From positions 18,662,001 through 18,726,000 of the forward strand of contig OX597822.1 in assembly GCA_951406725.2 (NCBI GenBank): a stretch of 64,000 nucleotides of DNA. The letters are read 5' to 3'. Of the stretch, positions 37,765-51,440 are shown piece after piece. Origin of the DNA: Octopus vulgaris (Eukaryota). The notes below the pieces were generated by a model. The model was given only the letters and a program-made list of their open reading frames with translations. It was not told the origin of the DNA and made no database searches. The number at the start of each line of letters is the position of its first letter. The first letter of the stretch is position 1. Made by a program: the position numbers and the translations under genes.

Positions 37765-38954
37765 TGTATGTATGTATGTATGCATATGTATGTATGCATA
37801 TGTATGTATGTATGTGCATGAACACACACACACACACTCATTTGTGTGTATACGTTACAGCAATATTTGTGTGAAAATGAAATAATAAGGATAAGCATAA
37901 TAAAAGAGAGAACAAAAACAAACAAAAGTAAAAAATGTTCATGTTTAATTTTTATTTTGTTACCTTTGGCTATATTTACAATTCAATGCTGCTGCTGCTG
38001 TATTCCTGAAGAAAAAGAAATGTCTAATTGGTTCATAGGATGATAGTTATAGACTAAAACTGGAAACCTCCAACAGAGAAAAAGAGAAGAGGATGAGAGA
38101 GGATATCAGAAGGTATGATAAATGGAAAGAGGTAGAAAATGAAAGAGTAAATCAAAGAGAGGTGAAGGAAAAGAAAGAAACGATAGAACAAATGTAAGAG
38201 AAACTGAGAGAGAAAGTGGGGAGGAGAGAGAATAGCTGAAAGGTTGAGAGAAAAAGAGAGGCTACCATGGAAAAAAACCAGTGGAGTCGATGGTGGGGAT
38301 GTGGAGTAGATTGTTAATTAAGAGAGATGAAAACAAGGAAAGAGAGCAGAGGGTTTGTGTGTGTGTGAGATAGGTAGAGGGAGGGAGCAGTGTTAAATGA
38401 AAACAAGAATGGTGAGAGTGAGAGGCAGAAATGAAAGAGTATTGAGAGAGAGAAAGAGAGAGAGAGGGGTGGGATAGAATAGAATGGGTAAAGTACAAGT
38501 GAGACAGAATTTGAGAGAGACGTAATGTGAGGGATGGTTAAGTGAGAGATAGACACAAGAGAGAAGGAAGGTGTTGGTGACAGAAAGGTCATCATCATCA
38601 TCATCATCATCACCAGCATCATTTTACTGGCTGCTTTCCCCACACCTGCATGGGTCAGATGGAGTTTATTGAACCAGGCTTTCTGCTATTGGATTCTCTT
38701 CCTGCTGCCAGCCTTCTCAGTAACATTTCTGGCCAGACATGGTTTTGCAGAATACACCTTCTTCTCCTTACGACCCAGTTCCATTCTAACAGGTCCTATG
38801 TTGATCTGGTCATTTGTTGGATTTATATTTTTTGACACTATTTTCATTCAAATAGTTTATAAAAACATTAAAACACCAACATTTAATCCATAATTATTGT
38901 ACATAATGGGAAAATACATAATATGTACTCTACTGTACTTTAATTATTTGTTGA

Positions 38955-39470
38955 ATATTTGTTCTGGTAGATAACCTTCTTCAATTAATTCGTCAAAGCT
39001 ATCATTGAATTTTTGCACTCCATCTTCATCTGCAGTTCCTGTTTCTCCTATTACATGTACATTATGCAAAGCAAATCTATTTTTTAAAATGCATAAATCA
39101 TCCATTACTAGCCTGAAAAATCTTGTGTGTAATTATCTCTGAAGCATGATTTTAAAGTCTGAAACAGACTTCTATCCTTTGTTTGCCCTGTGTCAAGGCT
39201 CATGGGTGTCTTTTTCTGTATTAAATCTTCCATCCACATGAATAACAATTTCTCCATTCCATGAATGGGACCCTGTCGTTGTTTTGTTAAAATTGTAAGC
39301 TTCATTGGTGCAGAACCTTTCACAAATTCTACTTTGTCCTTAAGTATCATCAATGATGTGTGCTATTCACCTTTTTTCTCACCTTCATACTGCCAGATAA
39401 TTTTCATTTCACAGTCTAAATCAAAAGCCTTCCTCAACTTCTTAGCTAGCACATCTGTAATGAAAGCATT
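38955..39470 (-). pseudogene. Tigger/pogo transposase remnant (CENP-B-type HTH region)
   Basis: MEKLLFMWMEDLIQK...SLFQTLK...F...FKNRF.LHNVHVIGE..TADE...GY.PEQIFN. Confidence 0.8.
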
Positions 39471-39879
39471 TTCCTTCTACCAGTCATTCTAGGGGTATTT
39501 CAAATACAACTGTAACACATCCACATGCAGCTGATGTTTGAAAGTGACTGAGTGAGAGACAGTAGATGCCTGTGGTCTGAGGGGAGGGGCCTGCATTGCT
39601 GGATGCTGCCATAGTTATCATACGCACCACTGCTCAACATTGATTTTTTAATTTATTTGTTTTATTTGTTATTTTTTGTGGTTGTAAGTCGCAGAGACTG
39701 TGTATCAGAATTGAACAACACTGTTTGTATGACTGTGACGCTCATTTATAACTTTCACATGATGTCAAAGCAAGGAGATGCAAACTTACCCTTATTTACT
39801 CACATGTATACATACAGATATATATACATATATAAATATATATGTATGTAAATACACACACACACACACATATATATAA

Positions 39880-40045
39880 AACAGGCTTCTTTCATTTTCT
39901 GTCCATCAAATCCACTCGCAAGGCTTTTGTTGGCCCAGGTCTGTAGTAGAAAATATTTTCCCAGGGTGTCATGCAGTGGGACTGAACCTAAAACCATATA
40001 ATTTGCTAGCAAACTCCTTAACTACACAACCATGCCTGCGCCTGC
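39880..40045 (-). mobile_element. SINE 5' half (abundant family)
   Basis: Matches 17235-17400. Confidence 0.75.
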
Positions 40046-42199
40046 AGCACTTAATTGCAAAATGCTGCCTGAAATAGGCATCTGTCCAACCTGTACCTGC
40101 ATTAAAAAAAAAAAAAGACCTTGAAATTAGTGAATGAAGAAAACAAATGAAATATTTAGAGGAAATTAGGAAAAAACAGAAAAGCCTGTAACAACATTTC
40201 TGAACCATTATGTTGTGAAAATATTTGGCATAAAGACATAACATTTTTTTGTTTGTAATCATTTAATCAGGGGGCAAGACAATATCCATGATCTTTACAA
40301 ATGTTGCAAAACAAGATAGAGGGAGGAAAGTTTTGCCAAATGGAAGACCTATGAATTCTTGCAATGGAGTGAAATCTGCAAACGGTATCCAAACTGCCAG
40401 ATGGTGGTGTTAAATCAGGATTAAGTCTACCACTCAAATAGAATGTGGTGGGATTTGATCTCAAATGGCACAGCTGGAACAAATACCAGTGATGACTCAT
40501 AGGTCTGTAAAACTCTGTTGAGGGTTTTATGGGGCCAGAGTGCAAATCCCTATCTGAACCTCTTTTACTAGCCTTTTACGACACATAGAGGAAACATTGG
40601 GCTATTCTTTGATGTGCCTGTCCCCACACACCCCAGAGCACAATGAGTCAGAAAAATTGCCACTAAGTATTTCGTCCCCACTCTGCCAGCTCTACACCAC
40701 AAAATACCTTTTTGAAAGAATACAAAAACATTGATTAAATTTAATTTGAAATGTAGAAAAAAGCTAATATCAGTTGAGGAATTTAGATGAAAATAACAGC
40801 AGTGATCATCCTTACCCAAGTTTATTAGGACCCAAAATAAATACAATCACATGAATTCATTATATTTTTATTAAGACTCTGCTAGACTTTAATTGATTCA
40901 GGAATTTTGAATCACTCTGAATTATTGCATCCATCTAGAAAAATGATTTAAGCTGAGCTTCATAAAAACATAAAATAAACAAAACAAATAAAGAATATAA
41001 AACTGAAAGAAAATTTTACAATTAGATTTTGTTTCTTTGTTTTTTAACAGAATGACAGTTGGAATACTGTAGTTTTAACCATAGAATAACAGATGGGATG
41101 GTCATAGAGCACTTCTGGTCATTGGTCTGCTGGATCAGTCTTCACTTGGTGCTAAACGATAATAGCAATAATAGATACAGTATAGAGATGCAGTTAACAA
41201 GTGTACCTAGTCTACCTAGGCATGTATGAGCCCAATGTAGAGGTACAGTTTGTAGCTGTACCCAGTCCATTTGTTGAAGATGTGTACCCTATGGAAATAT
41301 GGTTGACTCCTGTACCCAGTCTACCAAGCTTTAAAAGGTACTATATAAAGGTAGAGTCCAGTGCTTGTGATACAAAGTCACTAACACACACGCACATACT
41401 TATAAAGTGGCACCTTCGTTTATGAATTTAATTCATTCCTGAAGCCTGTTCAGCACCCAAGATATTTGTAAACCCAAATAATTTTTTTCATAGGGAATTC
41501 AAGGCAGATTCAAGCAGGGATTTGTACTGAGTGAAAGCTAGATACCAACTGATACCCTTCCACTAATACCACCAGCCTATCTTTTGTTGCTGACTTGCAT
41601 GTACATTAGCTGAGACACCATTTGTTACCTGAGATATTTCATGTTCAAAAAATGGTTCATAAGCCGATTTGTTCATGATGAGCAACATTCATAGGCCAAG
41701 GTTCCACTGTATTTGTAAAACACCAAGTGTAACATTTTAATCTGTCTGCTTACAAACAGAGCAGTCGTTTATTCCTGGTTGCAAGAAAGGAAAACATTTT
41801 GATAGATCATTCCCATTAACAGATAAATATACTACATCATCAAAATGATTTATTTAGCATCATTCAATTAATTTCAATTCACATTTATTAACTGAGAGAT
41901 ACAATGATAAATGGGATTACATTGCAAGCTGCAGGAACAAAAACAGTAACAACAATAAAAGTAACTGCTGCAACCAAACTGCAGATACGTTTTCAGATGG
42001 CTACAACAACATACCATAATTCAGAGAGAAATAAATATACAATATAATATTAATTAAATTTAATAATTATGATAATACTAAAACAATACAATATTTCAGT
42101 GTTGTGCTTGTTTAGTGAGCTGATCAGAGATCTTGTTTGTGAAAGTGAGACAATCATATCATGGTAACATGCAAAAAATTGGACATTAAATGATGAAGA

Positions 42200-42240
<41 letters not shown>

Positions 42241-42246
42241 TATATA

Positions 42247-42647
42247 AAAGGGAATGACCAAGTTTTTAAAAATCTGCTGGATCTCACTCATAAGGGAATC
42301 TTACATTGCTTATAAACTCTATATTTGGAAGGACTCATATTAAACTCTGTTGGACTTTTGGATTTTACTCAAAGGATATTGGAAAATTGCATATATACCA
42401 TTATGCCTATAAAGCAGATTTACAAATTCAATACCCATACATAACTTACATCTATTTTCTTTCCTCCACCCCACTCTCTATTTTGTATCACATCGACACT
42501 AACTATGACTTAATTTTTCCTCTCACACCATCTCTGATGAAGGGATATAATTAATAAATATCCTGGAAACAGCTGTAAGACCTTCTATCTATAAATGCTC
42601 TAATATCTATACAGCCTTGGTTTTTTTATCTTATCACGCAAAAAATT

Positions 42648-42650
<3 letters not shown>
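42247..42650 (+). mobile_element. About 400-bp TA-flanked non-coding element with an intact hammerhead
   Basis: Bounded by long (TA)n on both sides; hammerhead at 42531-42580. Confidence 0.65.
42531..42580 (+). ncRNA. Type I minimal hammerhead ribozyme (best-preserved compact copy)
   Basis: TCT-CTGATGA-aGGGATAT-aattaataa-ATATCCTg-GAAA-CAGCTG-TA-AGA. Perfect core, stem I TCT/AGA, 7-bp stem II, palindromic stem III. Confidence 0.88.
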
Positions 42651-42721
<71 letters not shown>

Positions 42722-42999
42722 TCTCAGCCTGATGATCATTGAATACCATCTGATGGCATCAGTTCCTCCTGACCAAAGCCCCATTCACTTTGGTGAGTAG
42801 AAAAGAACCACCTTCTTCTGAGTGTTATCAATAACATATATATATCAACAATGCGTTTCTTTCAGTTGCCATCTACCAATTCTACTCATAAGGCTTTGAT
42901 TGGCCTCAGGGCATGCCCAAGGTGTTTCACAGTAGGACTGAACCTGAGACCACATGATTGGGAAGCAAGCTTCTTAACTTCATCACCATGCTGTGTCTG

Positions 43000-43053
<54 letters not shown>

Positions 43054-44879
43054 ACTAGTATTTTATATAAATATTATATAAGGTGCAAGCTGTCTGCCTC
43101 GGTAGTTCATTTAGTAGCCATATGGTTTTGATTTCTGAATCACAGAATGGCTTCTTGGACATTGACTGGACAAAAATATTTTATTGTTTTAATAGTTCAA
43201 TGCCCTTTTTGATGGTAACCCTTCGCTGTTTTTCAAGTATGAGATTTTATGGTTTCGTTTATTTTCAAAAGCATAGAGTTAGAGGTTGACTTGTTGGCTA
43301 GGAAAATCATCAAGCATCACTTATTTTTAGCATGGTCGTTTGAGGCAAAGGGCATTTTACCAATTGGTTTAACTCATGAATTAGGCAAGCTGGAGCTAAA
43401 CAGGATGAGACACTTGGTGGCCTCCTGTATCAGAGATCTGTTGGCATGTTTTCCATATCCCCACTTAGATGAGTGCCATCATAGTTTATCACCTAATTGC
43501 TTAATTCATGTGTGAAACTGATAAAGATCAGCTGAAGTAGATTTATAGTTCTGTGTAGTCATCATCATCATCATAGTATAAAGATTAATATACATATGTG
43601 TATGTATCACCATCATTGTTTCAGCATCTACTTTTCTTTGTTGGCATGGGTCAAACAGAATTTATGAAAACAAATTTTCTATGACTAGATGCCCCTCCTT
43701 TGGCCAACCCTCACTCATTTCCGAGTAAGGTAATATTTTCCTATGGCTGGACACAATTTTCAGCAAGATTGGAAATAAACAACACTACTCTTAAGATGGT
43801 GGTACTTGTTTACCACTAGTGCATGGTGTCAAGCTAAGAATCTCACAAATGCACACATATATTTTACATGTGTATGCACACATGCACCCCCCCCCACTCA
43901 CACACAGAGTTTCAACTGGCTTCTTTCAGTTTCCCTTTACCAAATTCACTCTCAATGCTTTGGTCAACCTGGGGCTATGGTAAAAGACAATTGCCAAGGG
44001 TGCCATGCAATGGAATTGAACATGGAGCCATGTGGTTGGGAAGCAAACTTCTTATCCACATAGCCATGCCTGGCACAGGTATGGCTATGTGGATAAGAAG
44101 TTGGACACACACACTACACCTTTTGGTCACTTATTTATCTAATGATTATTGATGTTGATATTCTGACTTGTTGACTATTGTCCAGGCGACTTAGCCTCTT
44201 TCAACACTTATCCTTCTCAATGTAGTGTCAACACTTTCCCAGCTGTTATTCATCAACAAAACCTTTAGAGGCCTGACATTAATTACAACACAATGGAAAT
44301 AGATATGCAGGTCAGGATATCCTGTGGTATATTCCTAATTAGGTTTGTCAGAAATCATAATTGCTCTCTCATCTTGGGGTCTTCAGAAAAAGATTACAAT
44401 ACTCTCTTTTATTATCCAAACAGAATGAATGATTTACAAATGCCACAACTACCATCACTACCTTCATCATCACTGATGCCTCCCACCACACTAACGTCTC
44501 AGCCATTTTGGCTCTGTAGTAATACACAAATATACACACACACACACACAAGTGCGTGTAAGACAACAAAAAGTTAAAATATACAAAAGTTTCTGTAATT
44601 TTTTAGGTTATCTTTTCTGGTTTCTGTCAAAATTATTGTCTGACCCTGTAATCGGTTGAGACTTTCTTTAACAGAATATTAGCCGCACACACACATCATT
44701 TAGCTGCTACCAGTATGTCCTGCTATCTATATGTAATAGCCTCTGAGATGCTTGTATATGTAGTAAGCTACGAAATTCTTACATGCTCTCAGTTTCCTGT
44801 AATTCAGACTGCTTCATGGTTGCAACAGACAAAATGGGGAAAGTGTTAATAAATGCCAAGTACCATGACTTAGGTGGAT

Positions 44880-45116
44880 CAGCAGTTCTCAACTGGGGTC
44901 CACATGGCCCTTGTGGGTCCACATAAGATTTTGTTGTTTAAATTTATCTGCAATAAACTGGTTTTACTTTTACAACACACAAAATATTTCAACAATTCCT
45001 AATTATATTTAATTATAAAACTATATTGGGACTTTTCAAATGTTTATTAGGGTCCAGTAGAGTAAAATAGGAATCAAAAGGATCCATAGGCAAAAAAAGG
45101 GTTGAGGACTCTGCTG
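44880..45116. mobile_element. hAT/Charlie-like MITE
   Basis: Imperfect TIRs CAGCAGTTCTCAAC / GTTGAGGACTCTGCTG, about 235 bp; TSD not clear. Confidence 0.6.
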
Positions 45117-45119
45117 AGT

Positions 45120-45262
45120 GAGATACTTTGGTTGTCTTACTACGAAGATGGCATCAGTAGTACCTTCTCCTTGGCGCAAAACCCCAAACTGCATCTCTTC
45201 TAGACTAATTATGTTCCTAATTAATGGAACTCTAACTTCCTCCATAATTTTCATGGAGTTTA
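45120..45262 (-). mobile_element. RTE RT fragment
   Basis: MKIMEEV...EMQFG....GTTDAIFVVRQ (RT subdomains 1-2). Confidence 0.75.
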
Positions 45263-45747
45263 CCAAATCATTAGAGTGTGAAACTAAGTGCCTTGTGCTA
45301 TTTGTTCTGGCCCTTTTTGTTTTGAGTTCAGTTCCTACTGATGTTGATAAAATAAAGTACCAGTCACCTACTAGGGTTGATGTAATTAACTAATACCCTT
45401 CCCTTAAAGTTTATGTCTTGATATCAGCATTTCAAATAATTAATATTAAAAGATACAAAATAAATTAATCATTGTTGCTTTTTTATTAAATTCCATAAAT
45501 TAAATAAATCAGCCATCATCAACATCATCAAATGTCCACTGTTCCATGCTTGCATGAGTCAGATGGAATATGTTGAAGTAGATTTTCTATGGCTGGATGC
45601 CCTTCCTGTCGCTAAGCCTCACCTGTTTCCAAATAAGGTGATATTTCCCTGTGGCCAGACATGCTTTTCATGTAAAGCTAGAAATGAACAACTTTGCTTG
45701 TATGACTGATGTTCATTTACAACCTTCACTGAGACAAGGGTATGCCC

Positions 45748-46060
45748 AAACACACACACACATGCATACATACCCTCACACAAACAAACACAGATGCATA
45801 CATACATACCCACAAACAAACACACAGATGCATACATACACACATGCACATACACACACACACATGCATACATACCCACAAACAATCACACACAGATGCA
45901 TACATACACACTCACATGCATACAAACCCACAAACAAACACAGATGCATACATATGCACACACATGCATACATACCTACAAACAAACACACACAGATGTG
46001 TACATACACACATACATACACACACACATGTGCACACACACACACACACACATGCACATG
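45748..46060. repeat. CA-rich compound minisatellite inside a degenerate SINE
   Basis: Recurrent unit cacacatgcatacatacccacaaacaaacacacagatgcatacata. Confidence 0.85.
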
Positions 46061-49000
46061 ACTTGTTAAAGTGTCTGTCTACCAAATCCACTCACAAGGC
46101 TTTGGTCGGCCCAAGACTATAGTAGAACACACTTGTCTAGTCCAAGATACTGTGCTGTGGAACTGAACTCAAACCCAAGTGATTGCAAAGCAAACTACTT
46201 AACTATTCTGCCATTCCTACACCTACAGCCAAAAATAAATTCCTGTCTGAAATACTGTTCCCATCCAACCTCTTTTTGTATGGAACGGCAGGCCTTAAAT
46301 GAACAAATGCACAAAAGAAAAAAAACCAACGCTGTTATTCCATAAATCAATATTGTTAGAATGCATGCGGCGTGTATAAATAATATTGAGATTATTTTGA
46401 TGGAATTCTGACTTTGGGACAGCATATTGTCCAAGATTGTTATTGATAAATCCATCAACGAGGCAGATTGTTAATATCTTTTTCTACAAATGCAGGTGGA
46501 GAAATCTTAAAGAAAAAGTTGAATAACTACAACAATGAAAAATGAGCCTGAGCCTCACATATTGAATGTTAACCATTGTTTGCATAAACAAAGATGTAAC
46601 AGGTACCTTTGAGAGATGCTTGCCATCTTGGAAAATTCCAGAAAATCCATCTGAGCACAATAAATTGCTGAGTGAAATAATCAATCGTTACAAAGTAATA
46701 AAATACTGCAATCGATACTGTGAAACTATATTCTCATTTATATAATCCCAAAATAGACAGCCTATACTTGAAAGACTTTGCTAGAATTTACCCTGCGTTC
46801 ATGAATGTATGGAAGCTTAGATATTACACAGACTTGCTAAACACAGAATTCTTGACAGAAGTTTTAATGAACTGGTCTCATTTTAAACAGAATATTTAGC
46901 TTGTAATGGATGAGCACAGGTAAAAGCACTCAAAGAATTAGATATTTGAACCCCGCACTCAAAAATCCCAAACATTTATAGACATTGTTGCAATTAATGT
47001 TATATTTTTGGTGCTGGAACGACTGTTGTGAAGAAGCTCACTTCCCAAAGCCTTGTTTGTGAATTTGGTAGATAGAAACTGAAAGTCTATCGTATATGTG
47101 TGTGTCTGTATGTGTGATGTGTGTGTGTGTTCATGTCCCCTTGTCCTGATACCTTGCACTAATTATAAATAAACATCACACTCACATAAAACAGTGACAT
47201 CTCTTTGCAGTCATCCACGAGATCATGTCCCAGCCACTGTGCTGTTCATGTTTGAGGAACTAGATGACATATTACCTTGCTTGAGGGTTAGTAGCAGGAA
47301 CAGCCGACAGCCAGAGAAATTCTGCTGCTTCAGCAAATCTCACATGAATCATGAAAGCATGGAAATGTGAATGTTAAAACAATGATAATGAATGATGATC
47401 CTTGAGCAAGTTACTTAACTTTATTTTACTTGCCTTACTTTATCTGGTACCTATTCTGTATTATGGTACCAGTTCTTCTTGAAAGATTAACCAAGATAAA
47501 TAAGTATCAGAGACCAAACTAGACTATATTTGCTGTAGGGGTAAGATTTTTTTGTCTTTTGTATTTTTCTGTCATACAGAAACCAACACTACAGCATTCA
47601 AAAATTGACTTTAACAACAATATGTCATATTGCTGAATGGCTTGAGGGAAATGCTATATATATATATATATATATGTGTGCATGCATGTATATACTCAGG
47701 AATATTAGAAAATGTGTGTGTATGTGCTGCTCTAGAAGACCTGCTGTTATTAAATTCAAACCAAGATATTTTAGCAAGATTTATCACTTTAAGATATATC
47801 ACTTGAAGAGAAAAGAAAAATGAGTTTTGTCAGCCAATCAGTAAATTTAGATGAAGAAAAACTTCACTTGTCTGCATCTGTATTGCCTTTGGGCATTCAA
47901 CGAAGGAAGAATAGTAATGAAAATTGATTCAAAAATATTGCTATAAAATGGCAAAGTAATATGGCCAGAAAGGTTTTGTTTACTGAGAAAGGGTTTTGTT
48001 TAAAGGAGAAGAATCTTGAAGATGTATGACTATCAAGATCAGCAATGGAGAGTTGTTATTTGAAAGGAGTGAATAAATTGGTGTGGTACATGGTGAAAAT
48101 GTTGATTCTTTAATTCAGGGGACCAGTCCCTCTTTATTTGCATGAATAATGCCTGATCTGACGAATCTACCTTTAATATGCAGCATAAACAAGCCTCTGT
48201 AGGCACTCAGTGAGGGAATACTCATAATACAACAGAGTATAGGTGGTGAGGGATTTTCAGATTGCTTGGTCAGTGTGTTTAGGCATGTAAGGATGCATGA
48301 GGATATATCTAGAGATGTAGATGTAACATCAGTGATTTAACAAGGTATTTGTGGTATAGTATGATGAATACACACATGCATGCATGCACACACACACGCA
48401 TATTTTCAATTAGATTATAATGGGATAGCTGTAGCTCACAGTATTTTGTAGTAAAGGTGTCTACCCATGTTTACCATTTGCAGCATTGATCTCTATCTTC
48501 ATTTCTATTGATCTGCCACTCTCCTTCCACCCTCTCTTCAGCTCACCTACCCATTCACCCCGTCTAAACAACCATACCAATTCTCTTATATTCACCTTTA
48601 TGACCTTGAGGGTGTGCTCTGACACATCATCTTTTCCTTTTTCCAACCTCTCATTATCTAGCATAAAGCCACCTTCCTTGATATTTTTACCCCCTCAACT
48701 GTGACTCTGTTTTGTGACTTACTCAGTAACCTCACAAGTGCCAAAGCTATGTTCAAAGCACCCAGTACATGCTGCAAAGTGGGAAAATCATCCTCTTGAA
48801 CTGTCCAACCCATGTCAGCATGAAACCAAACATATGTTAAATTATCAAGATGATGATGTATGTGGCCTATTTGTCAAAGTGTTCACCTCATAACCATAAG
48901 ATTGTGAGTTCAATTTCTGAACTGGACAGTACATTGTGTTCTTGAGCAAGACACTTTATTTCATGTTGCTCTCATCTATTCAACAACATGAAATGAGTAC

Positions 49001-49583
49001 CAGCCAAGTGCTGGTGTGGCTCTTACCCTTTCTGCTTTCACATTCTGGATGTTTTGCCAAGTCAAGTTTAAATGGGAGTCTGTATCTGTTTGCAACTTGT
49101 ACATAGGCATTTAAAATAATAACAAATGTGTAGTGTATGCCACCAAGTCATGCTTGCTTGCATAGAATGCCTGTGGTACTGAATGTGTTGCCATCTTGTA
49201 AAATTTCTGTATGAAAGATTGTATCCATTTTCACGTCCAACCCATGCCAGCATGGAAAGAAGGCGTTAAATGATGATGATGATGATGATATAGTAATTGT
49301 AATGTCTTCACCTATAAAGTGATTTGTGATTGTACAGCTGTTGTTCACAACCTTTCTTTTAATGTCAGGGCCAGATACAAAACCTGGATTTTTTTCAGGG
49401 GCTGCACCAAAAAATATAAAACACAAATCAGTAAAAGAAAAATTGATTCGATTTATTGAGAGAATATTGTTGAGGGCTGATGGAAGGTTGCTTGAGGGCC
49501 ACATGAGGCCCTGAGAGCCATAGTTCAGAACTGCTGTTGTAGTGTTATGAGATATATGTGGCCTTGTAGTGAGGTATCTCTAT

Positions 49584-50040
49584 TCATCATCATCATCATC
49601 GTTTAACATCCGTTTTCCATGCTAGCATGAGTTGGACGGTTCGACTGGGGTCTGGTAAGCCATGGAGGCTGCACCAGGTTCCAGTCTGATTTAACAGTGT
49701 TTCTACAGCTGGATGCCCCTCCTAATGTCAACCACTCCATGAGTGTAGTGGGTGATTTTTACGTGCCACCGGCACAGGGGCCAGAGCAGGCTGGCAAATG
49801 GCCACAATCGGTTGGTGCTTTTACATGTCACCGACACAGATGCCAGTCAGGTGGTGCTGGCATCTGCCACATTCGGATGGTGCTTTTTATGTGTCACCGG
49901 CACGGGTGTCTTAACTACAATTTCCATTTGATTTTTATTTTGATGTTGACTTACTTGACTCAGTAGGTCTCCTCAAGAACAGCGGGTCACTCTACGATCC
50001 AAGGTTAGCACAGCAGGCCATCCTGTGAGCCATGAATTCA
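49584..50040 (-). mobile_element. RTE 3' UTR copy with (GAT)n tail
   Basis: Reverse complement of about 30050-30478. Confidence 0.85.
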
Positions 50041-51395
50041 TGTAATATGATATCTGTAGTTATCTAGTGAAATGTCTGTGGCCGTGTAATGAATTATTTG
50101 AATGAAATGTTGTTGTGAAATGAATGCAATTAAATAGAGCAATACCTGTGGTCGTTTTTATATAGACCTAGATTAGCTTCATTGAGCAAACCTTTGGTCA
50201 AAGGCTTTCCAACCGTAACAATGTTTTTCATTTTTTCCCTTTTCTCAGTCATTGGACTCTGCCTTGAACGGTTTTAGTCAAGTAAACCACTCCAGTATTC
50301 ATTATTTAAGTCTGGTGCTGATTCTGTTGAGATTTATTGTTGAACTGTTAAAACAAAACAACACTTGTTGTCAAGCTGTGACAGGGACACACACACATAC
50401 AACAAGCTTCCACACAGTTTCCATTTACCAGTACCAAACAGAGACTTGTTGCAACTATGGATCACTGCTAACATGGTACTGTTATAATAAATATTTAAAT
50501 TTAGGTTAATATGTGTAATACGGTGGCAAGAGATAACTTGAAATTATAATTGTAGCAAAAATGAAAATCATGGGTGTTAATGGAAATTCTTTTCAAAAAG
50601 AATAAGGTAGAGCACTCTCAAATTTAAATTGATAAAAAATTAAATAAATGACACTGTGAGAAGGAGCATGAACCTGATGTTTGACAGTTATGGGAACACG
50701 TTTGGAGATATGTTAACCTTATCAGACCCTGTCAGGAAAGTCTAGTCAAACACATAACTATGAAACCACAATATTACTTAAAGAATACATTGTTTTGCTC
50801 TCTGAGTCATTCTGTGATCTAACAAGGAAATCTGCCTCAATGAATCTGTCTTATCCATGCATACATACAGACACACACACATAACATTTATATATATCCT
50901 ATTACTCTGTCACACTCTCTCCCTCACTCTTCCTCCCTTGCTCCCACATGAACATCGGCCATCTTTCTTTCTCTCCATTGTACCTGGAACAAGGAAGGCA
51001 TGTTCTTGTTTGTCTCTTGTCCAAGCTCGATTTATGAGTTCGCCATCACAACCTCAACATCACTGTCCTGTTTGTGTTACCAATTTCGACCCTCCTCAAA
51101 ATCCCAAATTTTATTTAATTTGCTTTGCAGGAGCAACTGTTTTATCAAAATATATATTGTTAAATGCTCAAAATACAAGACTAGGTAAACAGCCAATAAC
51201 TGATGAAAGATCATTCTTTATGTTCTTTGTTTTGTTTTCCATTTGTGTCTTTTGTTGTTCAAAAGAATAGTTCATGTTCCATGTACTCGTACTTCGTATT
51301 TTTTTGTTGTACACATCTTGTGACATACTGTGCCCACATATGCATATATATATATATATATATATATACGTATAGATGAAAGTATATACATATAC

Positions 51396-51440
<45 letters not shown>

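Noticed and set aside
38005-38025. CTGAAGA-AAAA-GAAA-TGTC hammerhead-like string
   Set aside because: No stem II or stem I can form.
46240-46900. Non-repetitive-looking stretch with an acceptor-like site at about 46495
   Set aside because: No sustained open frame or recognisable protein motif.
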